Source of the DNA: an uncultured delta proteobacterium
GTDB taxonomy: Bacteria; Desulfobacterota; Binatia; JACPRU01
Assembly: GCA_963745025.1 (NCBI GenBank)
Contig: CAVUWD010000016.1
Span: 128,001 to 192,000 of the forward strand
Length of the DNA: 64,000 nucleotides
Direction of reading: 5' to 3'
In this document: one piece after another, positions 51,994-61,993 of the stretch
Layout: each line of letters begins with the position of its first letter
How positions within the stretch are numbered: position 1 is the stretch's first letter
The notes under the pieces: model-generated
What the model was told of the DNA's origin: nothing
Seen by the model: only the letters and a program-made list of their open reading frames with translations
Database searches by the model: none
Position numbers and translations under genes: made by a program

Positions 51994-52021
51994 ATCCCGA
52001 ATGTTTCTCGAGGAGGTTTGA

Positions 52022-52558
52022 ATGAAGCGATGGATTCTACCGTTTGCGATTCTGCTGCTCGCGGCGCCCCTGGTCCGGGCCGAGGAGCTGAAGCTCGCCA
52101 CCGTCGACATGCAGCGAGCGCTGAACGAGTGCGACGCCGGAAAGAAAGCGAAGGAGGACTTCAAGAGCCAGGTCGACAAGCTGCAGGCCGACCTGAACAA
52201 GCAGAAGACGGACATCGAGAAGATCAAGGAAGACGTCGAGAAGAAGGGGATGGTGCTGAAAGAGGACGAGCGCAAGAACATCGAGCGCGACTACCAGAGG
52301 CGCCTGCGCGACTTCCAGCGGACCTACAAGGACTCGCAGGCCGAGCTGCAGCAACGCGACAACGAGCTCACCTCCGAGATCCTACGCCAGCTCCAAGAGG
52401 TGATCGCCGAATACGGCGCCAAGCAGGGCTACACGCTGGTCCTGGAGGCCTCCAACACCGGGGCGGTGCTCTACAACTCGCGCTCGGTCGACATCACGGA
52501 TCTGGTGATTCAGGAGTACAATTCCAGGCGCAAGGGCGCGACGGCCAAGACGAAGTGA
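52022..52558 (+). CDS. skp: OmpH/Skp chaperone
   Basis: Signal peptide, KLATVDMQRAL, coiled coil, DITD. Confidence 0.92.
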   Translation: MKRWILPFAILLLAAPLVRAEELKLATVDMQRALNECDAGKKAKEDFKSQVDKLQADLNKQKTDIEKIKEDVEKKGMVLKEDERKNIERDYQRRLRDFQRTYKDSQAELQQRDNELTSEILRQLQEVIAEYGAKQGYTLVLEASNTGAVLYNSRSVDITDLVIQEYNSRRKGATAKTK

Positions 52559-52571
52559 AGCAACGCTGACG

Positions 52572-53024
52572 GTGCGACTCGACTATCCAGACATCATCCG
52601 ACGATTGCCGCACCGCTATCCCTTCCTGCTCGTCGATCGCGTGATCGAGCTTACGGACGGACGGCGCCTGGTGGCGATCAAGAACGTGACCGCCAACGAG
52701 CCCTTCTTCGGTGGGCACTTTCCCGGGCGTCCGATCATGCCCGGGGTATTGATTTGCGAGGCGCTGGCGCAGGCGGGGGGGCTGCTCGCCAGCTGCTCGA
52801 GCGACGGCCTGCCCGCGGGGAGGGGGATCGTGCTCGCCGGCCTCGAGCACGTGCGCTTCCGCCGGCGGGTGGTCCCTGGAGATCAGCTACGGCTGGAGGT
52901 CGAGCTCGTGCACAAGCGCCGTCCGCTCTGGAAGATGAAGGGACGGGCACTCGTCGACGGAAACGTAGCCACCGAAGCCGAATTCCTCACCATGGAAGTC
53001 GACAGCTCCGAGATGGGATTCTGA
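52572..53024 (+). CDS. fabZ: 3-hydroxyacyl-ACP dehydratase
   Basis: LPHRYPFLLVD, HFPGRPIMPGVLICEALAQ. Confidence 0.96.
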   Translation: MRLDYPDIIRRLPHRYPFLLVDRVIELTDGRRLVAIKNVTANEPFFGGHFPGRPIMPGVLICEALAQAGGLLASCSSDGLPAGRGIVLAGLEHVRFRRRVVPGDQLRLEVELVHKRRPLWKMKGRALVDGNVATEAEFLTMEVDSSEMGF

Positions 53025-53026
53025 GC

Positions 53027-53842
53027 GTGTCGATTCATCCCAAAGCGATCATCGCGCCGGGGGCGGATCTCGCCGGGGATGTCGAGATCGGTCCCTACGC
53101 GGTGATCGGCCCCGAGGTGCGGATCGGCCGCGGCACGAAGGTGGGCGCTCACGCGGTGATCGAAGGCCGCACGACCATCGGCGAGCGTAACCGCGTCTTC
53201 CAGTTCGCCGCGCTCGGCGCGATTCCTCAGGATCTGAAGTATCACGGCGAGCTGACGACGCTCGTCATCGGCAACGAGAACCAGATCCGCGAGTTCACGA
53301 CCCTGCACATCGGCACCGAGGGGGGTGGGGGCGTGACCTCGGTCGGGGACCGCAACCTGTTCATGAACTTCTCGCACGTTGCGCATGATTGTCACATCGG
53401 CAACCGCGTGATCTTCGCCAACGGCGCCACGCTCGCGGGACACGTGGTCGTCGAGGATCACGTGATCGTCGGCGGCCTCGCGGCCGTTCATCAGTTCGTG
53501 CGGCTCGGCGAATCGTCGATGCTCGGCGGCGGCGCGATGGTCGCGCAGGACGTGCCGCCGTTCTGCGTCGTGCAGGGCGACCGGGCCGGTCTCGTGGGAC
53601 TCAACGTCGAGGGGTTGCGCCGCCGCGGCTTCTCCGATGACGAGGTGCGCGCGCTGCGCGTCGCCTACCGTACGCTCTTCCGCTCGGGCCTGACCGTGCG
53701 CGACGCGATCCGGAAGATGCGCGAGGAGCACGCCCTGGGGGTGGCCGCCGAACGGTTGCTGCAGTTCGTCGAGAGCTCGAAGCGGGGAATCTGCCGACTC
53801 CGCGGCGAGGCCGGGGATGACGCGGACCCCGAGTCGTTGTGA
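53027..53842 (+). CDS. lpxA: UDP-GlcNAc acyltransferase
   Basis: Hexapeptide repeats, PQDLKY, HVAHDC, LAGHV, VHQF. Confidence 0.96.
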   Translation: MSIHPKAIIAPGADLAGDVEIGPYAVIGPEVRIGRGTKVGAHAVIEGRTTIGERNRVFQFAALGAIPQDLKYHGELTTLVIGNENQIREFTTLHIGTEGGGGVTSVGDRNLFMNFSHVAHDCHIGNRVIFANGATLAGHVVVEDHVIVGGLAAVHQFVRLGESSMLGGGAMVAQDVPPFCVVQGDRAGLVGLNVEGLRRRGFSDDEVRALRVAYRTLFRSGLTVRDAIRKMREEHALGVAAERLLQFVESSKRGICRLRGEAGDDADPESL

Positions 53843-53844
53843 AA

Positions 53845-53920
53845 GGCTACGGGCTTCGGGCTACGGCCTACAGGAAAGGCTCAGGGAGTCTTTGCCCGTA
53901 GCCCGAAGTCTGTAGCCGTC
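53845..53920. repeat. Heptamer-armed palindrome, copy 4
   Basis: GGCTACGGGCTTCGGGCTACGG...CCCGTAGCCCGAAGTCTGTAGCC. Confidence 0.75.
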
Positions 53921-53922
53921 GT

Positions 53923-54756
53923 ATGAACGAACCCATCGGCCTCATCGCCGGCAACGGACGCTTTCCGTTGATTTTCGCCGAGACGGCGAAGCGGGAAGGC
54001 GTGCGCGTGATCGCCGTCGCGCACCGCGGCGAGACCGACCCGGCGCTCGACGGCATGGCCGAAGCGGTCACCTGGGTGCGGGTCGGGGAGCTCGGCAAGA
54101 TGATTCGCGCGCTGCGCGACGCCGGCGTGCGCCGGGCGGTGATGGCGGGCGGGCTCTCCAAGGCCGGTGTGTTTCGCGGCGGCCGCCCGGATCTTCGTGG
54201 CGCCATGTTCCTCGCACGGATACGAAGCTTTCGTGACGACACCCTGCTGCGCGGCATCGCCGGCGAGTTCGAGAGCGACGGCATCGAGATCGTTCCTTCG
54301 ACGACGTTCCTGTCGACGATCGTCACTCACGAGGGTGTGCTCGGGCGGCACGGGCCGAAGCAGCGCGAGTGGGCCGACGTGGCCTACGGCTTTCGCGTCG
54401 CCAAGGAAGTCGGCCGCTTCGACGTCGGGCAGAGCGTCGTGGTACGCGGGGGCGTGGCGCTGGCGATCGAGGGCATGGAGGGTACCGACGCGTGCATTCG
54501 CCGCGGCGGGGAGCTCGGACACGGCGGTGTCGTCGTGATCAAGGTCTCGAAGCCCGGGCAAGACCTGCGCTTCGACGTCCCGGCCGTCGGACCGCGCACG
54601 ATCGAGGCGATGACCGAGGTGAAGGCGCGCGTTCTGGCTCTCGAGGCCGAACGCACGATCCTGCTCGACCGCGCGGAGCTGCTCGCCAGCGCCGATCGCG
54701 CAGGGATCGCCGTCCTCGGCGTGAGCGAGGCGAGCCTGCGGGAGCGTGCGTCGTGA
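53923..54756 (+). CDS. lpxI: UDP-2,3-diacylglucosamine diphosphatase LpxI
   Basis: GLIAGNG, DVGQSVV, IEGMEGTD, QDLRFDVPAVG. Confidence 0.93.
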   Translation: MNEPIGLIAGNGRFPLIFAETAKREGVRVIAVAHRGETDPALDGMAEAVTWVRVGELGKMIRALRDAGVRRAVMAGGLSKAGVFRGGRPDLRGAMFLARIRSFRDDTLLRGIAGEFESDGIEIVPSTTFLSTIVTHEGVLGRHGPKQREWADVAYGFRVAKEVGRFDVGQSVVVRGGVALAIEGMEGTDACIRRGGELGHGGVVVIKVSKPGQDLRFDVPAVGPRTIEAMTEVKARVLALEAERTILLDRAELLASADRAGIAVLGVSEASLRERAS

Positions 54757-55700
54757 GAACGCGCGTTGCCGTCGTCGGGGTCGGCTACCTCGGTCGGTTC
54801 CACGCCGAAAAATACGCGGCCGAGCCGGGGGTCGAGCTCGTCGGCGTGGTCGACAGCGACACCGAGCGTGCCCGCGAGGTGGCGGCTCGCTTCGGCTGTC
54901 GAGCCTTCTCCGACGCCCGCGAGCTCTACGGCCTGGTCGATTGCGCGAGCGTCGTGGTGCCGACGCCGCTCCACCGCGACGTCGGGACGGGGCTCCTCGA
55001 GGCCGGCATCGACGTGCTCGTCGAGAAGCCGATCGCCGCCACGCTCGAGGAGGCGCGGGCGCTCGTGCGCGTCGCCGAGGAGCGGGGTCGGATCCTCCAG
55101 GTCGGACATCTCGAGCGCTTCAACCCGGCGATGCGCGCGGTCGCCGAGGTGCTGACGCGCCCGCGGTTTCTCGAGTGCCATCGCCTCGCGCCGTTCGTCG
55201 AGCGCGGCACCGACGTGGACGTGGTGCTCGATCTCATGATCCACGATCTCGACGTGATCCTCAGCATGATGACGAGCCCCGTGGCGGCGGTCGAGGCGGT
55301 GGGGGTTCCGGTGATCACGAGCTCGCCCGACATCGCCAACGCGCGGATCCGCTTCGCCGACGGCGCGATCGCCAACGTCACGGCGAGTCGCGTGTCGTTC
55401 AAGCGCGAGCGCAAGCTGCGCATCTTTCAGCACGACACCTACATCTCCCTCGACTACGGCGAGAAGCGCCTGCGCATCTGCCGTCGCGGCCAGGCGCCGC
55501 CCGGCGGACTCGCTCCGATCGAGGTCGAGGAACGCATCGTCGAGGGGGAGGACGCGCTCGCCGAAGAGATCCGCGCCTTTCTCGCCGCCGTGCGCACGCG
55601 CCAGGCGCCGCTGGTGAGCGGTCGCGAGGGGTTGCGAGCGGTCGAGCTCGCCTATCAGGTTCGCGAGCGCGTCGAGGACGAGATACGGCGCTCGCGATGA
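54753..55700 (+). CDS. Gfo/Idh/MocA oxidoreductase (GnnA-like)
   Basis: GVGYLGRFH, VEKP, QVGHLERFNP, DLMIHD; located between lpxI and lpxB. Confidence 0.85.
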   Translation: MRTRVAVVGVGYLGRFHAEKYAAEPGVELVGVVDSDTERAREVAARFGCRAFSDARELYGLVDCASVVVPTPLHRDVGTGLLEAGIDVLVEKPIAATLEEARALVRVAEERGRILQVGHLERFNPAMRAVAEVLTRPRFLECHRLAPFVERGTDVDVVLDLMIHDLDVILSMMTSPVAAVEAVGVPVITSSPDIANARIRFADGAIANVTASRVSFKRERKLRIFQHDTYISLDYGEKRLRICRRGQAPPGGLAPIEVEERIVEGEDALAEEIRAFLAAVRTRQAPLVSGREGLRAVELAYQVRERVEDEIRRSR

Positions 55701-56878
55701 GCGTCGAAAGGCGTCTGCTCGCCGCGGAGGAGGCCGGCACTCCCTCGTCGCGCGTGATGCTCGTTGCGGGCGAGGCTTCGGGTGATCTGCACGCGGCCGG
55801 GCTCGTCGCGGCGATGCGGCGGCGGGCGCCGGGAATCCAGATCTGGGGAATCGCCGGAGGCGAGGCGCGCTCCCAGGGGATGGTCACCGCGGTCGACATC
55901 GCCGAGATCGCCACCTTCGGCCTCACCGAGGTCGCCGAGAAGGGGCGCGCACTCTGGCGCAGTTACCGGATGCTCCGCCGTGAGATCTACGAGCGTCCGC
56001 CACGGCTTCTGGTGCTGATCGATTTTCCGGAGTTCAATCTCGCGCTCGCGGCGGTCGCCAAGCGGCGCGGGGTGCCGGTCTTCTACTACGTGAGCCCGCA
56101 GGTCTGGGCGTGGAGGCGCGGGCGCGTTCGCAAGATTCTTCGCCGGGTCGACCGGCTCGCGGTCCTCTTTCCCTTCGAGCCCGCGGCGTATGGAAACGCC
56201 CCGAAGGTCGTCTTCGTCGGTCACCCGCTACTCGATCGGGTGCGGGCGACGGCGAGCCGAGAGGAGACGCTCGCGCGGCACGGCCTGGATGCCGCGAAGC
56301 GGTTGGTCGTGCTTCTGCCGGGCAGCCGGCGGCGGGAGATCGAGCGCCTCCTGCCCGAAATGGCGGGCGCCGCCGAGCGGCTCGCCAGGCGTCGCCCGCT
56401 CGAGTTCGCGGTCGTTCTCGCGCCGACGCTGCCGCGCACGCTCGCGGAGTCGCTGACCGCCGGCTGCGGCGTGCCGCTTCCCCTGGTCGAGAGCGATGCC
56501 TATAACCTGATCGCCGCTGCGGATCTGGTGTTGACGGCCTCGGGCACGGCGACGCTCGAGGTCGCGCTCCTCGAGCGGCCGATGGTGATCATGTATCGAG
56601 CCTCGCCACTGACCTTTGCCGTTGCCCGCGCCCTCGTCGACGTCCCGTGGATCGGCATGCCGAATCTGATCGCCGGCCGAGCCATCGTGCCCGAGCTGAT
56701 TCAAGGTCGGGCGCGCGCCGCGGAGATCGCGCGCGAGGCGGAGGCCATCCTCTCGGACCCGGCACGCACGCGAGTGATGCAGGCGGATCTCGCTGCCGTT
56801 CGTGCGTCGCTCGGCTCGGGAGGCGCCGCCGAGCGTGCCGCGGGGCTCGCCTTGGCTCTGATGGGAGCGGGGACGTGA
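55697..56878 (+). CDS. lpxB: Lipid A disaccharide synthase
   Basis: AGEASGD, IDFPEFN, YVSPQVWAWR, LPGSR, SGTATLE. Confidence 0.96.
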   Translation: MSVERRLLAAEEAGTPSSRVMLVAGEASGDLHAAGLVAAMRRRAPGIQIWGIAGGEARSQGMVTAVDIAEIATFGLTEVAEKGRALWRSYRMLRREIYERPPRLLVLIDFPEFNLALAAVAKRRGVPVFYYVSPQVWAWRRGRVRKILRRVDRLAVLFPFEPAAYGNAPKVVFVGHPLLDRVRATASREETLARHGLDAAKRLVVLLPGSRRREIERLLPEMAGAAERLARRRPLEFAVVLAPTLPRTLAESLTAGCGVPLPLVESDAYNLIAAADLVLTASGTATLEVALLERPMVIMYRASPLTFAVARALVDVPWIGMPNLIAGRAIVPELIQGRARAAEIAREAEAILSDPARTRVMQADLAAVRASLGSGGAAERAAGLALALMGAGT

Positions 56879-58623
56879 AACTCTACCGCCGCCTGCTCGG
56901 CTACCTGCGGCCATACGTCTGGCCCCGCTTCACGCTGGCCGTGATCTGCATGGTGTTCTACAGCTCCACGAACGGCGTGATGCCGTATCTCGTGCGCAGC
57001 GTCTTCGACGACGTCTTCTTGCAGAAGAAGGAGTGGGCGCTGCGCGTGCTGCCGGTTGCGATCGTCACCGTCTTTCTGTTTCGCGCCGTGATGAGCTTCA
57101 ACCAGAGCTATCTGATGGAGTGGATCGGGCAGCACGTGATCGCCGACATCCGCAGTCAGCTGAACGCGCACTTCCAGCGCCTGTCGCTCTCGTTCTACAA
57201 CCGCACGCCGACCGGTACGCTGCTCTCGCGCATGACCAACGACGTCGAGCTCATGCGCAGCGCGCTCACGGATGCGGTCGCGTCGGTGATGAAAGACCTG
57301 ACGTCGCTCCTGGTGCTGCTCGCGGTCGCGTTTTTCATGGATTGGACGCTCGCGCTGATCGCCTTCGTCGCGTTCCCGCTCACGGTGCTGCCGATCTTGC
57401 GATTGTCACGGCGCTTGCGGAGGGTCACCCGCAAGGGTCAGGTGACGCTCGGCAACCTGGCGACGCTGCTCCAGGAGACGATTCAGGGGAACCGCGTCGT
57501 CAAGGCCTTCGGCATGGAGGACTACGAAATCCGCCGCTTCGATGCGGAGAGCGAGCGGCTCGTCGGGCTGTACATGAGGGCGGCACGCATCAAGGCCTTC
57601 ACCACGCCGATGATGGAAGTGCTCGCCTCGTTCGGCATCGCCGGAGTCGTCTGGTACGGCGGCTCGAGCGTGATGGCCGGTGGGCGCACGCCCGGCTCGT
57701 TCATGGCCTTTCTCACGGCGATGCTGCTGCTCTACGATCCGTTCAAGGGTCTGACCAAGACCAACAACGTCGTGCAGCAGGGACTGGCGGGGGCGAGCCG
57801 CATCTTCGAGATGCTCGACCAAGCGAGCGACGTGGTGGAACGGCCCACGGCGACCGCTCTGCAGGGCTTTCGCGAGGGCATCCGCCTCGAAGACGTGACC
57901 TTCCGTTACGAGGCGGAGCCGGTGCTCCGCGAGGTGAACCTGGAGATTCGCCGTGGCGAGGCCGTCGCGCTGGTCGGCCGCAGCGGCTCGGGCAAGAGCA
58001 CGCTGGCGGATCTGATTCCACGCTTCTACGACGTCACAGGAGGTCGGATCACGGTCGACGGACGGGATGTGCGCGACCTGACGCTGGCATCGCTTCGTGC
58101 CGAGATCGCGATCGTCACGCAGTTCACCTTTCTCTTCAACGACACCGTGCGAACCAACATCGCCTACGGCGACGTCGGCACCTCGCTGGAGCGGATCGAA
58201 GCCGCGGCGCGCGCCGCCAACGCGCACGACTTCATTTGCGAGCTGCCGCAGGGCTACGACACGGTGATCGGTGAGCTAGGCGTCAAGCTTTCCGGAGGGC
58301 AGCGCCAGCGCGTGGCGATCGCACGCGCTCTCCTCAAGAACGTGCCGATCCTGATCCTCGACGAGGCGACCTCGGCTCTCGATAACGAGTCCGAGCGGCT
58401 GGTCCAAGAGGCGATCGAACGGCTGATGGCGGGTCGCACGACGCTGGTCATCGCCCACCGCCTCTCGACCATCCGCAACGCCGACCGGATCGCGGTTCTC
58501 GACCGCGGGCGCATCATCGAGGAAGGGACGCATGCGGAGCTCCTCGATCGCGGCGGCGAGTATCGCCGGCTCTACGACATGCAGTTCCGCGACGAGCCCC
58601 GCGCCGCGGTGGCCGGGGAATGA
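56875..58623 (+). CDS. msbA: Lipid A flippase MsbA
   Basis: ABC transmembrane domain + NBD, GRSGSGKST, LSGGQRQR, DEATSALD; lpx context. Confidence 0.93.
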   Translation: MKLYRRLLGYLRPYVWPRFTLAVICMVFYSSTNGVMPYLVRSVFDDVFLQKKEWALRVLPVAIVTVFLFRAVMSFNQSYLMEWIGQHVIADIRSQLNAHFQRLSLSFYNRTPTGTLLSRMTNDVELMRSALTDAVASVMKDLTSLLVLLAVAFFMDWTLALIAFVAFPLTVLPILRLSRRLRRVTRKGQVTLGNLATLLQETIQGNRVVKAFGMEDYEIRRFDAESERLVGLYMRAARIKAFTTPMMEVLASFGIAGVVWYGGSSVMAGGRTPGSFMAFLTAMLLLYDPFKGLTKTNNVVQQGLAGASRIFEMLDQASDVVERPTATALQGFREGIRLEDVTFRYEAEPVLREVNLEIRRGEAVALVGRSGSGKSTLADLIPRFYDVTGGRITVDGRDVRDLTLASLRAEIAIVTQFTFLFNDTVRTNIAYGDVGTSLERIEAAARAANAHDFICELPQGYDTVIGELGVKLSGGQRQRVAIARALLKNVPILILDEATSALDNESERLVQEAIERLMAGRTTLVIAHRLSTIRNADRIAVLDRGRIIEEGTHAELLDRGGEYRRLYDMQFRDEPRAAVAGE

Positions 58624-59294
58624 AGGGAAGCCGCCGTGCGCGGATTCGGGTTGCGTTTCTTGGGTTCGCCGCCCGCTGCCTCTACGGGCTGGTCAAGAAC
58701 ACCGTGCGCCCGGTGGTGGGTCCGGACGCTCGCGAGGTGCTCGCGGCCTTCGAGAAGAACGAGCGCGTCGTGATCGCGTTCTGGCACGGTCAACTGGCGA
58801 TGCTGCAGGCGGCGTACCGCGGTCGCGGTGCCGGGATTTGCGTTCAAGTGAGCCATCACAGCGACGGTGAGATCATCACCCGTGCCGTCCGTCCGTTCGG
58901 CATCCGCGCGGCGCGCGGCTCGGCCACGCGCGGCGGACTGGCGAGCGTGCGCGAGATGCTCGAAGCGCATCGCCAGGGCTACGACCTGGCTCTCGCGCCC
59001 GATGGCCCGCGCGGTCCGATTCACCGTGCCAAGCCAGGAGCGATCCGGCTCGCGCAAGCGACGGGGGCGCGTCTTTTTCCCGTGGCGTGCGCTCCACGAC
59101 GGGCATTGGTGTTCCGAAGCTGGGACCGCTTCATTGTGCCGCTGCCGTTCACGCGGGTTTATTACGTCGTCGGGACGCCGCTGTCGGTTCCGCACGGCGT
59201 CGATGCGGAAGCGATCGAACGCGCGAGACGGACTCTTGAAGAGGAGCTCTGCCGCGCCACCTTGGAAGCCGAGCGGCGCGCCGGGCGGCGGTGA
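58620..59294 (+). CDS. DUF374 acyltransferase (LpxJ-like)
   Basis: FWHG, SHHSDGE, RGSATRGG, PDGPRGP, SWDRF..P.PF. Confidence 0.88.
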   Translation: MKGSRRARIRVAFLGFAARCLYGLVKNTVRPVVGPDAREVLAAFEKNERVVIAFWHGQLAMLQAAYRGRGAGICVQVSHHSDGEIITRAVRPFGIRAARGSATRGGLASVREMLEAHRQGYDLALAPDGPRGPIHRAKPGAIRLAQATGARLFPVACAPRRALVFRSWDRFIVPLPFTRVYYVVGTPLSVPHGVDAEAIERARRTLEEELCRATLEAERRAGRR

Positions 59295-59319
59295 TGAGGA
59301 CCGAGGCATCGTCACGTTC

Positions 59320-59572
59320 GCATCCCCTCACTCTTTGCCTCGAGCGCTCGAGATTCCGAAAGCGCTGGATTCTCCGGTCGGCCCGTACACGGGTCGACCG
59401 GAAAATCCAGCCACCGCGCGGAGCGCGGAACGCAATAACCCGCGAGTTGGTCTATTGCCTTCCGCGCTCTGCGCGGTTGCGGTCGGTTGTGATCGACCCG
59501 AGTACGGACCGATCACAACCGACCGCGCTCTCCGCCGTTTCGATTCATTCGAGGCGAAAACTGAGGGGATGC
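59320..59572. repeat. Multi-hairpin intergenic element, copy B
   Basis: Same architecture as 45796-46035, closed by GCATCCCCTCA/TGAGGGGATGC; middle hairpin reversed. Confidence 0.88.
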
Positions 59573-59618
59573 CCACCCTCGTGCGTTTCGGGTGCGGCCG
59601 CGAGGCTGCGCTGAGGAC

Positions 59619-60857
59619 ATGTACGCGCTCTACAACCTACTGCTCGCGGTGCCTGGGCTCGCGGTGGCCCCGGCGCTCCGGCTGCCGCGCTTCCGTGCGC
59701 ATCGGGAGCGGCTCGGAGTGTATGCGCCCGAGCTCCTCGAGCGAGTGCGCGGGCGGAAGGTGCTGTGGCTTCACAACGCCTCGATCGGAGAGCTCAAGGC
59801 GTCTCGACCGCTTCTGCGCCGCCTCCGTGAGGAGCTCGTCGAGTGGCGAATCGTCCTCTCCACGACGAGCATCACGGGGCGCGACCTGGCACGAGAGCTG
59901 GCCGAGGCGGACGGTGCGGTGCTGCTGCCGCTCGACTTCCCGGCATCCGTCGAGCGTGCCGTCGATGCGATCGCGCCTTCGCTCTTCGTGTTCACCGAAA
60001 CCGAGATCTGGCCGAACTTGCTGCGCGCGCTTCGCCGGCGGGGCGTTCCCGCCGTGCTCCTCTCCGGACGCGTGTCGCCTCGCTCGTTCCGTCGCTACCT
60101 CTGGATTCGTTCCTTTCTGCGGCGCGTGCTGCAAGACGTGGCGTTGTTGGGCATGCAGAGCGAGGCGGAGGCGGAGCGCATTCGCGCGCTCGGCGCGCCG
60201 CCGGAGCGCGTGCGGGTCACGGGCAGCTTGAAGCTCGAGGCGATCGCCGAGCCGCGGGCGCTGGCGATCGACAGTCCGCCGGGATTCCTCTGGATCGCGG
60301 CCTCGACGCACGCCGGCGAGGAAGATGTCTGCGCGCGCGTGTTCGGTCGGTTGCGCGAGCGGTTCGCCGGGCTCCGGCTGCTGCTGGCTCCTCGGCATCT
60401 CGAGCGGTTGCCGGCGGTGGAAAGCCTCCTGCGCGCGCAAGGGCTCGATTTCATCCGACGCACGGATCTGCGCGAGAACCGTTGGACGGGCGAGCCTCCG
60501 GTGTTGCTGCTCGACACGCTCGGAGAGCTCGCCGGCCTCTACGCGGGAGCCGCCGCGGCATTCGTCGGCGGCACGCTCGCTCGCGTGGGTGGGCACAATC
60601 TCCTCGAGCCGGCCCGAGTCGGTGTGCCGGTGCTCTACGGACCGCACGTGGAGAACGTCGCGGCGCTCGCCGACGTGCTCGATTCGAGCGGCGGCGGATT
60701 CCGCGTCGCCGACGAAGCGGATCTCGCCGCGAAGCTCGAGGCGCTGCTCGACGATCCCGAGCTCTGCGCGCGTACGGGACGCGCGGCGCAGGCAACGGTT
60801 GCATCGGTCGGAAGCGTCGAGGCGAGTCTGCGCGCCGCGCTCGAATGTCTGGCGTGA
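59619..60857 (+). CDS. waaA: Kdo transferase
   Basis: WLHNASIGE, ETEIWPN, ASTHAGE, APRHLER, GGHNLLEP. Confidence 0.94.
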   Translation: MYALYNLLLAVPGLAVAPALRLPRFRAHRERLGVYAPELLERVRGRKVLWLHNASIGELKASRPLLRRLREELVEWRIVLSTTSITGRDLARELAEADGAVLLPLDFPASVERAVDAIAPSLFVFTETEIWPNLLRALRRRGVPAVLLSGRVSPRSFRRYLWIRSFLRRVLQDVALLGMQSEAEAERIRALGAPPERVRVTGSLKLEAIAEPRALAIDSPPGFLWIAASTHAGEEDVCARVFGRLRERFAGLRLLLAPRHLERLPAVESLLRAQGLDFIRRTDLRENRWTGEPPVLLLDTLGELAGLYAGAAAAFVGGTLARVGGHNLLEPARVGVPVLYGPHVENVAALADVLDSSGGGFRVADEADLAAKLEALLDDPELCARTGRAAQATVASVGSVEASLRAALECLA

Positions 60858-60871
60858 CCGAGGGGGGATCG

Positions 60872-61993
60872 ATGCGGCGAGCGATCGAGCGCGCCTGGAA
60901 GCGGCAAGGAATCGAGGGACGCGCGATCCGCCTGGCACTTCTGCCCGCCTCGGCGCTGTTCTCGGTGGCCGTGCGGCTGCGTGCGCTCGCCTACCGGTGG
61001 CACCTGCGCAGCCGCCATGCGCTTCCTGCGGCGGTGGTCTCGGTCGGCAACCTTTCGGTCGGTGGCACCGGGAAGACGCCGACGGCGCTGTGGCTGGCCG
61101 AGAGCCTGCAGCAGCGCGGCTATTGCGTGGCGATCCTATCGCGGGGTTACGGCGGCGAGGCGCGCGTGCCGACCGTGGTCGGAGCGGCTCCGATAGCAGG
61201 GATCGCCGCGTCGACGGATGTGCGGGTCGTCGGGGACGAGAACGTCGTCCTCGCGCGACGCTTCTCGGGGCCGGTCGTGGTCGCACGGCGCCGGGCGGAG
61301 GCGGGTGCCCTCGCCTGCCGGGAGCTCGGCGCGGACGTACTCGTGCTCGATGACGGATTCCAGCACCTGGCGCTGCGCCGCGACTTCGACCTCGTCTGCG
61401 TGCGCCCGTCCGCGGCCGGCGACGATCGCGTTCTGCCCGCGGGCCGGCTGCGCGAGCCGCCCGCGGCGCTCGGTCGAGCGCACGCCGCCCTCATCACCAA
61501 GGGGGGGACCGACGAACGCGTCCATCCCGCGCTCGAGCGCCATCTGGCAAACATCCCGACGTATCGCGGAGAGCTGCGGGCCGTGACCCTGTTGACGCCC
61601 GACTCGGGCGAATGGCGCGAGCGGCCGATGGGCGTCTTGGCGGCGCGGAAGGCCCTCGGCGTCTCCGGCCTGGCCGATCCACAGCCGTTCTACCGCATGC
61701 TCCACGACTGGGAAGCCAGACTCCAGGACTTCCTGGAGTTCGCCGATCATCACGTTTACACTCTCGACGACTGGAAAAGGATCGCCCACCGCAGCCGGGA
61801 GCTCGATTTGGTGGTGACGACGGAGAAGGATCTGGTGAAGCTCGAACGATTTCCGTTCGCGAAGGACAAACTGGTGGCCGTACGGGTGTCGATGCACGTC
61901 GAGAACGGCGCTCAGCTCGTCGATTCCGTCGTCGCGGCAATCGAGCGACGGCGTGCCGAGCTCGCGGCCGACCGCGAGACGAGACGTCGGTGA
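60872..61993 (+). CDS. lpxK: Tetraacyldisaccharide 4'-kinase
   Basis: [37 protein letters not shown]. Confidence 0.95.
   Translation: MRRAIERAWKRQGIEGRAIRLALLPASALFSVAVRLRALAYRWHLRSRHALPAAVVSVGNLSVGGTGKTPTALWLAESLQQRGYCVAILSRGYGGEARVPTVVGAAPIAGIAASTDVRVVGDENVVLARRFSGPVVVARRRAEAGALACRELGADVLVLDDGFQHLALRRDFDLVCVRPSAAGDDRVLPAGRLREPPAALGRAHAALITKGGTDERVHPALERHLANIPTYRGELRAVTLLTPDSGEWRERPMGVLAARKALGVSGLADPQPFYRMLHDWEARLQDFLEFADHHVYTLDDWKRIAHRSRELDLVVTTEKDLVKLERFPFAKDKLVAVRVSMHVENGAQLVDSVVAAIERRRAELAADRETRRR

Noticed and set aside
30796-53920. Heptamer repeats or multi-hairpin elements as CRISPR arrays
   Set aside because: No regular repeat-spacer periodicity and no cas genes
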